DNA of 64,000 nt from Muribaculaceae bacterium (GTDB lineage: Bacteria > Bacteroidota > Bacteroidia > Bacteroidales > Muribaculaceae), in contig JBJEDE010000033.1 in assembly GCA_051871795.1 (NCBI GenBank), positions 16,354 to 80,353 of the forward strand. Reading direction: 5' to 3'. A program made the position numbers and the translations under genes. Under the pieces are notes generated by a model. That model was not told the origin of the DNA and did no database searches. It saw only the letters and a list, made by a program, of their open reading frames with translations. This document shows, piece by piece, positions 10,139 to 19,157 of this stretch; the stretch's first letter is position 1, and the number at the start of each line of letters is the position of its first letter.

Positions 10139-11385
10139 TTCACGTCGACACGTTCACATTACCCAACGGCCTGCGTGTGGTGCACAACTTCCACCCGCAG
10201 GCCGTGCTCTCCGCAGTCGAAATCGTTTACCTTACCGGCGCCCGCGACGAGCGCGAAGACGCCACCGGTCTGGCTCACCTCTTCGAGCATCTGATGTTTG
10301 GCGGGACTCCGGCCGTGCCCGATTTCGACTCCGTGCTTGAAGCTGCCGGAGGCTACAGCAACGCAGCCACATCGAGCGATTTCACATACTTTTACGACAT
10401 TCTGCCCGTGCAGAATATCGAAACGGCCCTATGGCTCGAAAGCGACCGTATGCGAGGCCTCGCCTTCTCGCCGCGCAGCCTTGAAGTGCAGCGCCACGTA
10501 GTCATCGAAGAGTTCAAAGAGACGCATCTCAACACACCTTACGGCGGCGTGCAGCACGCATTGCTGCCGCTGATGTACAGCAAGCATCCTTACCGGTGGC
10601 CGGTGATAGGCAAATCGCCCGACCACATCAGCCGCGTCACAACCGATGACGTCAAAAACTGGTTTTACAGCCACTATGCCCCCGACAATGCCGTGCTCTC
10701 GATTGTAGGCAATATAACTTTCGAAAAGGTCAAAGAGTTGGTATACAAATACTTCGGGGACATACCTCCACGCGATATCGCCGAGCGGAATCTCACCGAT
10801 GACCCGCGTCCCGTCGAGCCTCGGGAAGTCACTATCTACGACCGCGTGCCTCAGACGCAAATCACCATAGCATATCGCATGAGTCCCTATGGCACAAGCG
10901 AATACCTTGCCGCCGACGCCATTTCCGATATTCTCAGCAACGGCAAGAGCGCGCGTCTTCCACAGCGTCTGGTGCGCGAGATGGAACTCTTCACCACGGT
11001 CGATGCCTCAATCACAGGCAACGAACATTCCGGACTGTTTCTGCTCACCGGCCGGGTCGCCGACGAGAGCGATGACGCCATAAATACTGCAAAAGAAGCG
11101 CTGATAACTCAGGCCCGGGCTCTTGCGCAAGCAGATACAGCAAGCGATGATGAGCTTGAACGGGCCAAAAACCTCTATGACGCCACTCTCACCTATGCCA
11201 ATGTCTCGGCGCCCGGCAAAGCCCACAATATTGCTATGGCCGCAGTGCATGGTGAAGACATCAACTCAATGGTTGCCGCTTACCGCTCGCTTACCGTTGC
11301 CGACATCACAGCACAGGCGCGGGAGCTATTCATAGACCATGCGCCCGGAATCGTCATCTGCCGTCCGGCCTCCGGGCAGGAGTGA
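10135..11385 (+). CDS. M16 (pitrilysin/insulinase) family zinc peptidase
   Basis: Inverted zinc motif HxxEH in 'GLAHLFEHLMFGG'. 416 aa. Confidence 0.85.
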   Translation: MIHVDTFTLPNGLRVVHNFHPQAVLSAVEIVYLTGARDEREDATGLAHLFEHLMFGGTPAVPDFDSVLEAAGGYSNAATSSDFTYFYDILPVQNIETALWLESDRMRGLAFSPRSLEVQRHVVIEEFKETHLNTPYGGVQHALLPLMYSKHPYRWPVIGKSPDHISRVTTDDVKNWFYSHYAPDNAVLSIVGNITFEKVKELVYKYFGDIPPRDIAERNLTDDPRPVEPREVTIYDRVPQTQITIAYRMSPYGTSEYLAADAISDILSNGKSARLPQRLVREMELFTTVDASITGNEHSGLFLLTGRVADESDDAINTAKEALITQARALAQADTASDDELERAKNLYDATLTYANVSAPGKAHNIAMAAVHGEDINSMVAAYRSLTVADITAQARELFIDHAPGIVICRPASGQE

Positions 11386-11400
11386 GCCGGAGTCAAGGTA

Positions 11401-11454
11401 TATAAGACTTATAAGTTTTATAAGACTTATGAGACTTATGAGACTTATATTGTT
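11401..11454. repeat. 9-bp-period degenerate tandem repeat (about 6 units: tataagact/tataagttt/tatgagact)
   Basis: Read directly. It lies between the convergent genes ending at 11385 and 11473. Confidence 0.85.
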
Positions 11455-11472
11455 GTCAGGCAATCGGTAACC

Positions 11473-12717
11473 TTACCAGCCGCCCGAAGCGCCTCCGCCG
11501 CCGGTGAGGCCGCCACCGAATCCGCCACCGAATCCGCCTCCGCCGAATCCGGAGCCTCCGCGGCCTCCGCCCGGTATCACAAGCGGAGTGGGGAGTTTGG
11601 CTATGTCGTAATATTTGGTATACTCGTAGGTGCAGTTCTGACAGTGGTAGACGCGCATCCCTTTGCCGTCGCGGGAGGTGGTGGGATTGAGTATTATTTG
11701 GTCTTTTATGAGTGAGCAGGTGAGACCGCCGCACTGCGGACAGGGCTGATAATTGGTGAGTTGCGAGCGGTAGGGCAATATTTCGGTTTCGCCGCACGAG
11801 GGGCACAGCCATACGTCGTAGTCTACCGAGTTGAGCCGCTCTTCGGTGTCCTGAGTGGGCGAGAGGAAATCGTTGTCGTGCACCTCGTCGACTTTTTGCA
11901 TTTTGGTACGGCACTTCGGACACTTATGCACGCCGTTGCGCCAGCGGTTGAGCAGTATGAGGTAGGGGACAACAGCCACGAGGGGCACAAATAAGCAGAT
12001 GGCCGACATCACAAGCGCCCACGAGCGCATCGGCACCATGGCCTTATATTTCTCGTAAGGCGTTTTTTTACGGTTGTTCCAGAGCAAAATCACAAACAGC
12101 AGGAGCATAAGCGCCGCCACGGATACGGATATCTTGATGTAGATCGGGAAAAACTCAATGTCAGAGACTCCGGCTGTGTTTTCGTCTTGGTCTGAACGGA
12201 GTTCGTCGGCGGCCGTGGGGTCAATGACGATGTCATGCACTTTCTGCACTCCGGCAAGCAAGCCGCCGCCAAAATCGCCGTGCCGGAATTTGGGAAACAT
12301 GGTGTCGCGAAGGATGCGTCCGGCGACGATGTCGGGGAGCACGCCCTCGGCGCCGTAGCCGGTGCGTATAGTGGCGCGCTTGCGGTCTTTTGCCACGACT
12401 ATCAGGATACCGTTGTCGTTGTCTCCCTTGCCTATGCGCCAGGAGTTAAAGAGATCGGTGGCAAACTCGTCGATGTCGTCGCCATCGAAGTCGTCGATCA
12501 TTACGGCTACTATTTCGGCCGAAGTCTTGCGGCGGGCATCGAGCAGCAGCGAGTCGATGCGCGACTGAGTCAGAGGCGTCACGATGCCGTCTGGATTGAC
12601 CAGATGTTTCGTGCGGTCGGCGCGCTGCACGTTGGGCAGATTCTCGACTGTCCAGATTTCTGCTACGGCGCATATTGCTGCTATGAGGGATATGAGTAAG
12701 AGTGTAAGACGTTTCAT
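11473..12717 (-). CDS. TPM-domain protein (YgcG-like) with TM segments, four CxxC zinc-ribbon pairs and a Gly-rich tail
   Basis: The ORF-track start at 12723 is TTG and the ATG is at 12717. Signal peptide and TPM-like N-domain are present. 'CPKC...CPSC...CPQC...CQNC'. C-terminal GGGRGGSGFGGGGFGGGFGGG. Confidence 0.7.
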   Translation of the reverse strand: MKRLTLLLISLIAAICAVAEIWTVENLPNVQRADRTKHLVNPDGIVTPLTQSRIDSLLLDARRKTSAEIVAVMIDDFDGDDIDEFATDLFNSWRIGKGDNDNGILIVVAKDRKRATIRTGYGAEGVLPDIVAGRILRDTMFPKFRHGDFGGGLLAGVQKVHDIVIDPTAADELRSDQDENTAGVSDIEFFPIYIKISVSVAALMLLLFVILLWNNRKKTPYEKYKAMVPMRSWALVMSAICLFVPLVAVVPYLILLNRWRNGVHKCPKCRTKMQKVDEVHDNDFLSPTQDTEERLNSVDYDVWLCPSCGETEILPYRSQLTNYQPCPQCGGLTCSLIKDQIILNPTTSRDGKGMRVYHCQNCTYEYTKYYDIAKLPTPLVIPGGGRGGSGFGGGGFGGGFGGGLTGGGGASGGW

Positions 12718-12732
12718 TGTCAATGCTTTAAA

Positions 12733-14070
12733 TCATACGGCCGGCAGTGTGTGGCCGTTGAGCTTGCGATAGAGGTTGAGTGCGTAGACGTCGGTCATGG
12801 CCGACACGTGGTCAACGACAGCCTGTATGCGGTCGGCGAGTTCGGGCGCGCGCACATCGTATTGCCCGGGCACTTGCGAGAGCAGCAGACCGGAGTAGTT
12901 GAGCCCGGGATTGGCCACGGCCTGACACAACTTGTCGAGCAGGAAAGTGATGATGCGGTTGCCGGCCAGTTCGATATCGACCACGTCGGGAGCGCAATAA
13001 ATCTTAGACCACGACACTTCGTTGCAGCGCTCGTAGGCTGCCCGTTGCACTGGTGTGATATGGCGCATCAGAGGGTCAGCAAATTCTCCGGAAAGAATCT
13101 TCTCCTCATTGTCGACAAAAGCGTCGGCGCATCGCTCCACGAGCTCTCCGATGGCGCACGAGCGCAGATAGCCCACCTGCTCGTTGGGGTCGGCAATTTT
13201 TTCCATCACATCGTGCACGCGCAGCCGGCGTTGTGAGTCGAAATAGCCGAGCAACAGTGACTTTACCTCGTCGGTGGTGAGAATCTTGAGCTTGTGGGCG
13301 TCTTCGATATCCATGATTTCGTAGCAGATGTCGTCGGCGGCTTCGACGATAAACACCAGAGGATGCCGGGCGTACTTGACCGATCCGTCGGGCTGAGGAT
13401 ACTGCAACATACCCAACTCCCCGGCCACGCGCACAAAGCTTTCGCGCTCCGGGGCAAAGAAACCGAACTTGCCTTTCTCTCCGGCGTGCGATGAGTCGTA
13501 GGGGTATTTCACAACTGATGCGAGAGTGGAGTAGGTCATGGCGAACCCACCCTGACGGCGGCCGTTGAAGCCGTGGGTGAGCAGGCGGAATGCGTTGGCG
13601 TTGCCTTCAAAGTTGATGAGGTCGAGCCATCTCTCCGGCGGCAGCAACCCGCGGTAGATGCTGCCGGCGCCTTCGCTGAAAAAGGTTGCTATAGCTTTTT
13701 CGCCGGAGTGGCCGAAAGGCGGATTGCCGAGGTCGTGAGCCAGGCAGGCGGCCGCCACAATGTCGCCGATGTCGGACAGAGAGTCGGCGGCCGGAGTGCC
13801 GGCGTATTTCAGCCGAAGACGCGAGGCTATGTTGTCGGCCATCGACTTGCCCACGCAGGCTACCTCGAGCGAGTGAGTGAGACGGTTGTGCACGAAGATG
13901 CTGCCCGGTAGCGGAAACACTTGTGTCTTGTTCTGCAGACGGCGGAAGGGCGAAGAGAAGATGAGGCGGTCGTAGTCGCGGCGAAAGTCGCTGCGTCCCG
14001 TACCCTTTTTGGGGTCGTGGTAGTGCTCCAGTCCGAAGCGCTTATCGTTGATGAGTGATAGCCAGTCCAT
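12733..14070 (-). CDS. dgt: dGTP triphosphohydrolase (HD domain)
   Basis: 'RLTHSLEVACVGKS' and 'HDLGNPPFGHSGE'. Start trimmed to MDWLSL at 14070, because the promoter box lies inside the longer ORF. Confidence 0.85.
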   Translation of the reverse strand: MDWLSLINDKRFGLEHYHDPKKGTGRSDFRRDYDRLIFSSPFRRLQNKTQVFPLPGSIFVHNRLTHSLEVACVGKSMADNIASRLRLKYAGTPAADSLSDIGDIVAAACLAHDLGNPPFGHSGEKAIATFFSEGAGSIYRGLLPPERWLDLINFEGNANAFRLLTHGFNGRRQGGFAMTYSTLASVVKYPYDSSHAGEKGKFGFFAPERESFVRVAGELGMLQYPQPDGSVKYARHPLVFIVEAADDICYEIMDIEDAHKLKILTTDEVKSLLLGYFDSQRRLRVHDVMEKIADPNEQVGYLRSCAIGELVERCADAFVDNEEKILSGEFADPLMRHITPVQRAAYERCNEVSWSKIYCAPDVVDIELAGNRIITFLLDKLCQAVANPGLNYSGLLLSQVPGQYDVRAPELADRIQAVVDHVSAMTDVYALNLYRKLNGHTLPAV

Positions 14071-14103
14071 AGTTATTTTAAACCCTTGTGACGATTTCAG
14101 TGA

Positions 14104-14111
14104 CAAAGGTA
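14104..14111 (-). promoter_or_regulatory. -7 promoter box (TACCTTTG) for dgt
   Basis: TAnnTTTG, 34 nt upstream of the ATG at 14070. Confidence 0.5.
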
Positions 14112-14151
14112 AGCATTTTCCGCCAATCTGCGAAATACGGGCCGGCAATGT

Positions 14152-14183
14152 ACGCTGACGTCCTGACGATAACATTTATTGTC
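14152..14183 (+). repeat. Copy 1 of a 32-bp repeat (cctgacgAtaacatttattgtcgaaccggctc), flanked 3' by TAA
   Basis: 31/32 identical to the copy at 63307-63338 on the minus strand. Confidence 0.9.
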
Positions 14184-14192
14184 GAACCGGCT

Positions 14193-14900
14193 CTAATCTT
14201 CGGGCGCGGTATCAGGCTCGTTCTTTGTGGCGGCGGTCTGAGCCGGATTTGCGGCCTGTTGCGCGGCGGAGGTGCGTGCGTCGGCGCCTATGGGCTCGTC
14301 GAGGTCTGCCGAGTTGTCTTCCGTGTCGGGCGAGGCCTTGCGGTGCAGCACACCGGCGTGGAGCCCTTCGACAATCGCTCCGGCGGCAAATACCGCAAGA
14401 GCCGCGGCAGTGACTCCGACAATGGTCGCGCTGTCGATACTCTCACGGCGTACAAATATATATATGGCGAAGGCGGCGAGCGCAAGCGGAAACACATAAT
14501 ACCATGACGGCAGCGTGAACGGCCTGATGCCGACAGCAAGCGCATAGAACTGCCACAGCGAGCACAGAGCCACGATGAGACCGAAGATAAACGGCACCAT
14601 CGGCTCAAACGTGCCGCGAAAAACCAGCATGCACACACCCAATACCACCGCTGCCGAATTGGTTAGCGAAGTGAGCAGACGGTTCAGCCCGGAACCGTTG
14701 TTGAAAAACAGGAGGTTGAAGACTCCGGCGCCCACGAGCAGCACGCCGCCGGCCACTACGATGCGCGATACGGTGGCCTGATCGAGAAACACGAACATCA
14801 GCGCAGCCACTGCGGCAGCTATCACACCCACAAGCACCATCGTGCGGCCACGCATTGTGGTATTTTTGTCGTATTGCAAGGTATTCTTCTCTTCTGTCAT
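14193..14900 (-). CDS. Multi-pass membrane protein (possibly DUF308/HdeD-like) with an acidic C-terminal tail
   Basis: About 6 hydrophobic helices. Start trimmed to MTEEK at 14900, because the promoter box abuts the ORF-track start. Confidence 0.55.
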   Translation of the reverse strand: MTEEKNTLQYDKNTTMRGRTMVLVGVIAAAVAALMFVFLDQATVSRIVVAGGVLLVGAGVFNLLFFNNGSGLNRLLTSLTNSAAVVLGVCMLVFRGTFEPMVPFIFGLIVALCSLWQFYALAVGIRPFTLPSWYYVFPLALAAFAIYIFVRRESIDSATIVGVTAAALAVFAAGAIVEGLHAGVLHRKASPDTEDNSADLDEPIGADARTSAAQQAANPAQTAATKNEPDTAPED

Positions 14901-14934
14901 TTCTTTGTCTTTTGGTGTTGAACGGAACATGGCG

Positions 14935-14942
14935 CAAATTTA
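14935..14942 (-). promoter_or_regulatory. -7 promoter box (TAAATTTG)
   Basis: TAnnTTTG, 35 nt upstream of the ATG at 14900. Confidence 0.45.
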
Positions 14943-15126
14943 CAAATAAATATTGAGAATGTTAAATTCCTTAATAAAACATTTATTTCTTTCGGTTGGT
15001 TGAAACGGTAGCCTGAAACCGGCATTATGCGTCGTATAATCTCCCGGCAGTTTCCATGCCGTGAGCTTTCGCGGGTCATTGCGGCGGCGCTCGGGCAGAA
15101 TATTTGGCAGTCACAAAAAATATGCC

Positions 15127-15134
15127 TACCTTTG
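15127..15134 (+). promoter_or_regulatory. -7 promoter box (TACCTTTG)
   Basis: TAnnTTTG, 57 nt upstream of the ATG at 15191. Confidence 0.5.
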
Positions 15135-15190
15135 CGGTAAACAATCAGAGAAACTTATCAACTTACACTTACCCATAATCAATATCATCA

Positions 15191-16675
15191 ATGAAAAAGT
15201 ATTTACTTCTTGCTCTGGTATGTCTCGGCGCCCTATCGGCGGCGGCTGAGGAATATACCGTCTATCTCAAAAACACGGCCAACTGGTCCAACCCGTGCTG
15301 CTGGGCATGGAACTCTTCGACCGGCGTGAACTGTACGGCCAAGGGTGTGTGGCCCGGCGACGCAATGACCAAAGAAGGAGACCTGTGGAAATTCACGGCT
15401 CCCGACGGAAAAGAACCGAACATGTTTATCTTCTCCAACAGCGGTTCATCGCAAACCAAAAACCTCACATTCGTAAACGGCGCCACTTTTGACTGCTCGG
15501 GCAACAAAGTGTCGGGCGGCGACGATCCGGTGAATCCCCCCGTGACTCCTCCCGAAGGCGGCGATTTCACTCCCGGCACGTATCTCATCACCGACTACTA
15601 TAAAGTCAACCCTGACGGAAAAGTAGGTTCCAACAAAACCATCGCCGTGACCGGCGGAATCAAATGCGGCGCCGTCAGCCACTGGACCGATGCCGAACTT
15701 ATAGCTCAGGGCGTGGCACGCGACGTGTGCATGGCCATTAAAGGCACCCACGAGCGTCCCGTAGTCGACACATATTCGGTCTACGCCGCCTACGACAAGA
15801 CCAACCTCTACATAGGCATACAGTACGTCTACACCGTCTACGACCAGTGGGGCGAAGGCTACCAGCCCGGCGAATCTAAACCCTATAACATGGACGGCAA
15901 GATTATGATCGCATTCGACCTCGACCCCAAAAAAGCATGCGACGGAACACTTACCAACGGTGCATCGGTATGGTTCGACAAAGAGTACACGACATTCGAC
16001 AACGGTATGGACTGCCTCTTCCTCGGCTCCACAAAGCCCGGAGTGGGCAACCCCGGCCTCTTCGTGCCCAATGCCGCCGGCAAATTTGACTACAACGACG
16101 CCAATTCCTGCAAGTCGCACAGCGTGGTTTATGGCTGGGACGACGGTCTGCTGCCGTCAATCGACAAAATCTGGGGTCCGGAAAAATTCAACTACGACCC
16201 CGAGATACTCAAAGGCAACGAAGGCTTTGCCGACCTCAAAGAGCAGATAGCCAAGCTCGGCGGCAAAGACAGCGACCACACATTCTATGAGTTCAAATTC
16301 CCCCTCAGCGACCTCGGCATCACCGAAGACTATATCAAGACCTACGGCATAGGCGTGATGATTGTAGACATCTACGGCTCAAGCGCACACTCGACCACTC
16401 CCTACGACCCGTCGATGTTCGACAACGTGAAAGAGCCCTACTCGATGGATAAATCCACCTCCAAAGAAAAAGAAGACAAGGATATAATCACCTACGGCTT
16501 CGCCCGCGTAGGCAAGCTCGCCACATCCGAGCCCTCAGGTATCGAAAGCATCACCGGCGCCGATGACAGCGCACCGGTTGAATACTACAACCTCCAGGGC
16601 GTGCGTGTCGCCAACCCCGGAAGCGGTATCTACATCCGCCGTCAGGGCACAACAGCCACCAAGGTTATGATGTAA
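15191..16675 (+). CDS. T9SS-sorted secreted protein with an N-terminal starch-binding-like (CBM25/26-type) module
   Basis: Signal peptide. 'YLKNTANWSNPCCWAWN...GVWPGDAMTKEGDLWKF...MFIFSNSGSSQTKNL' resembles CBM25/26. C-terminal 'VEYYNLQGVRVANPGSGIYIRRQGTTATKVMM' is a T9SS CTD. Confidence 0.7.
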   Translation: MKKYLLLALVCLGALSAAAEEYTVYLKNTANWSNPCCWAWNSSTGVNCTAKGVWPGDAMTKEGDLWKFTAPDGKEPNMFIFSNSGSSQTKNLTFVNGATFDCSGNKVSGGDDPVNPPVTPPEGGDFTPGTYLITDYYKVNPDGKVGSNKTIAVTGGIKCGAVSHWTDAELIAQGVARDVCMAIKGTHERPVVDTYSVYAAYDKTNLYIGIQYVYTVYDQWGEGYQPGESKPYNMDGKIMIAFDLDPKKACDGTLTNGASVWFDKEYTTFDNGMDCLFLGSTKPGVGNPGLFVPNAAGKFDYNDANSCKSHSVVYGWDDGLLPSIDKIWGPEKFNYDPEILKGNEGFADLKEQIAKLGGKDSDHTFYEFKFPLSDLGITEDYIKTYGIGVMIVDIYGSSAHSTTPYDPSMFDNVKEPYSMDKSTSKEKEDKDIITYGFARVGKLATSEPSGIESITGADDSAPVEYYNLQGVRVANPGSGIYIRRQGTTATKVMM

Positions 16676-16696
16676 CACACAGACAGCCAAATACGC

Positions 16697-16727
16697 AAAA
16701 AAAAGCCACGCGGAGCGTGGCTTTTTT
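16697..16727 (+). terminator. Rho-independent terminator
   Basis: aaaaaaaa-GCCACGC-gga-GCGTGGC-tttttt. Confidence 0.8.
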
Positions 16728-16821
16728 CATGTGCAATCCGGCATATTGGCAGATGCAAAAAACTCTTGAAAATTATTATAAATCACGCTGCCCCTGTGCT
16801 GGCAATCAATTGTGCGACAGG

Positions 16822-16841
16822 ATTTATTGTCGAACCGGCTC
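16822..16841 (+). repeat. Copy 2 (3'-terminal 20 bp) of the repeat: atttattgtcgaaccggctc, flanked by TAA
   Basis: Identical to the last 20 bp of the copies at 14152 and 63307. It sits 43 bp from the edge of the AT-rich lux-like island. Confidence 0.85.
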
Positions 16842-16884
16842 TAAATAAGTCGCGACAAAGACAGCGCCTGCTGCGACCTAAGGA

Positions 16885-18081
16885 TTATATTATCGAAACG
16901 ATTCGGCTCATCATACCTATGAGGTCATAACCGTCCCAAATGAGTGAAAAGGAGGTCGTCTCGCCTATGGGCACAATTCGGTCGATACCGGTGGGTTTAT
17001 GTAAGGATATGAATTGCCTAAGCTCGTTTTCCGAAAGGCCGAAGTAGCATAGTGTCTGCATCTTTCGGTTTATTATTCCTGTAATCTCATCTAACGATAC
17101 GGCATCATATTCAGTGAAAAAGCCTCCGGCACAGCGGTAGTTTTCAATATTAGCCGGCAGAGTGTCGACTTTGGCCCTTACAATAAGATTGTCGGGGGTT
17201 TCCTCTCTCGTCGCTCCTGCTTCTATGGCCATTTCGTAAAGTGAAGTCAGCTTGTTTACCGCTATTACAGGCTGCAATTGATATTTTGTTTTACTGTACC
17301 GGTAAAAAGATTCCCAGAATATTTTTTTTGCGGATTTTATTTCCTCTTCTTTGCCGATCCATATTACGGAATGAGGTGCGGAGCACGCGTTTTGGTCAAA
17401 TAGGAACGTGTCGTTGTAAAATCCTTCAGCGAGTTTGTTTAACTCCGAGTCTGACAGATTCAGGATGGATGCGGCCTTTATGGCGCAAATGCTGTATCTG
17501 TCGGCAAAACAGATATCGAAAGATCTCGGAGGAAGCTGATTCTTTCTGATTTCAGCAATGGTATTGTCGCCGCCCCAAATCACGCGTATGTCGGCCATTG
17601 ACGAGAAGCGGGCGGTGAAGTCGCTGTTGTGCGAATATCTCACGAGCACTATCCTTTTGCTTGCAGGATAGCCTTCGAGGGCCTTTAAATGCTTGATGAC
17701 AAGATCTATCTGAGGAAATTCCTTTGACGACAGCTTCACTATATTAGAGTTGCCGCTTAATAGTCCGCACACCAACGAGTAACCGAAATTGATGGGTACA
17801 TTTCCCGGCGCGATATGAAATATCGTGCCTCTGCCGAGTCTTAATCTTCCGGTGGAGTGCAGCTCTTTGAGTTTCAGCAGATTGGCTTTTCTGCAAAAGA
17901 ACGCAAAAGTCACCACATCCGGATATGCACGCGCCTGACGGTCTTTGAGTATGCTTGCAGAAAGGTCGTTAAGGAATTCAATAATTGAGTCGTTGAATGG
18001 CTCACATGCCGACGGTAATGTGCTGAAGTCACAGTCCGTTGCGGAAGGAAAAAGTATCTGTAAATTAGAATTTAGTTGCAT
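16885..18081 (-). CDS. LuxC-family acyl-CoA/acyl-protein reductase
   Basis: 398 aa. 'FLFDQNACSAPHSVIW' fits the LuxC active-site Cys context. Its start overlaps the LuxE stop by 17 nt. Confidence 0.7.
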   Translation of the reverse strand: MQLNSNLQILFPSATDCDFSTLPSACEPFNDSIIEFLNDLSASILKDRQARAYPDVVTFAFFCRKANLLKLKELHSTGRLRLGRGTIFHIAPGNVPINFGYSLVCGLLSGNSNIVKLSSKEFPQIDLVIKHLKALEGYPASKRIVLVRYSHNSDFTARFSSMADIRVIWGGDNTIAEIRKNQLPPRSFDICFADRYSICAIKAASILNLSDSELNKLAEGFYNDTFLFDQNACSAPHSVIWIGKEEEIKSAKKIFWESFYRYSKTKYQLQPVIAVNKLTSLYEMAIEAGATREETPDNLIVRAKVDTLPANIENYRCAGGFFTEYDAVSLDEITGIINRKMQTLCYFGLSENELRQFISLHKPTGIDRIVPIGETTSFSLIWDGYDLIGMMSRIVSII

Positions 18082-19153
18082 AAGTGTCGCTACATCCTCT
18101 TATTTCGGCATTTTTGATGCGTCCGAATATTTTAAAATATTTGCCCTTGCGTCCACACGGGCAATCATCTTCGCCTAATATCATGCCTTCGTCTTCGGTA
18201 AGCAATATGTGACCGGGGTAACTCTCAGGCAGCACGCTGACTACTTCAATCAGACCCTTATGGCCGGACTCGGCTTCCGAGAAATCGGCGGGATTGCGTA
18301 TGATCACGTCACTGAAAGCCGAGGTATGCAGATGTCCGCACTCACATTCCATATATATAGTGCCGGTTTGCTCCACCATGCCGTAATAATCGTGGACGTT
18401 TTCAGGCTTGATACCGCACACGTCATTGAGCGTCTGCTTGAACTGTGCAGAAGAAATATTTTCAGAGATAAGTTTTTTCCAACCTCCTCCATGTATCAGC
18501 ACCGCTTTTGAGAGGTCCAGTTTCGTGCCGCTGTTCTTTAATGCCGAGACGAAATGCTGCCAAATCATAAAAGTGAAGCCAAAAAGAAGGATGGTCTCGG
18601 CGTCGCTGTTTTGTTGCAGGAAGTTTGTCACGCCTTCAATGTCAAGATTCATATTCTCGTCGAGAGCATAAGCTCTTTTCGACCCGAACATCGAGAAACC
18701 GAGGATACCGGCGCCTCGTGCAGAAAACATTCTTCTGTCCTTAACCACCGAACACGAATCCAAAATCAACATCGGTACTCTTTTCGAACCAAGAAAATTT
18801 CCTACAATCCTTGTCAGGCACTTGGTCTGGAGGGCCGAAGTCCTGCGGTCCAAAAATATGCGGCTTACCGCCTGTCCGGTCGTGCCCGAAGAAGTCATAG
18901 TCTTTACCACCTCGTCTTTGGGGCATGAGCGCAACACGTATTCCTTAAAGAGCCTCACCGGGAGCATCGGCAGATGCCTGTAGTCAGGGAGATTGTCGAT
19001 GTCGATATGCTCTGAGTCGATAATCTTCCTGTATGATTCGCAGTGCTCGTAATGATGGCGTGTGAGGTCCCTGATCCGCTGATTTAAAATTGCTGATTTG
19101 CTCTCCTTGTCAAGGGAATAAGGCTCCAAATCCAAAATTTCCTCAATAGACAT
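18065..19153 (-). CDS. LuxE-family acyl-protein synthetase
   Basis: 362 aa. 'MTSSGTTGQAVSRIFLD' adenylate-forming motif and LuxE-like length and order relative to LuxC. Confidence 0.7.
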   Translation of the reverse strand: MSIEEILDLEPYSLDKESKSAILNQRIRDLTRHHYEHCESYRKIIDSEHIDIDNLPDYRHLPMLPVRLFKEYVLRSCPKDEVVKTMTSSGTTGQAVSRIFLDRRTSALQTKCLTRIVGNFLGSKRVPMLILDSCSVVKDRRMFSARGAGILGFSMFGSKRAYALDENMNLDIEGVTNFLQQNSDAETILLFGFTFMIWQHFVSALKNSGTKLDLSKAVLIHGGGWKKLISENISSAQFKQTLNDVCGIKPENVHDYYGMVEQTGTIYMECECGHLHTSAFSDVIIRNPADFSEAESGHKGLIEVVSVLPESYPGHILLTEDEGMILGEDDCPCGRKGKYFKIFGRIKNAEIRGCSDTYATKF

Positions 19154-19157
19154 TTTA

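Noticed and set aside
11401-11454. Whether the short tandem repeats at 11401-11454 and 48262-48316 could be a CRISPR array.
   Set aside because: The units are 9 bp, contiguous, with no spacers and no cas genes. They are not CRISPR.
14152-16841. The two same-orientation repeat copies at 14152 and 16822 as att-like direct repeats bounding an island.
   Set aside because: The enclosed genes are GC-rich like the host. The AT-rich island lies outside them, to the right of copy 2, and no third copy closes it near 22.2 kb.
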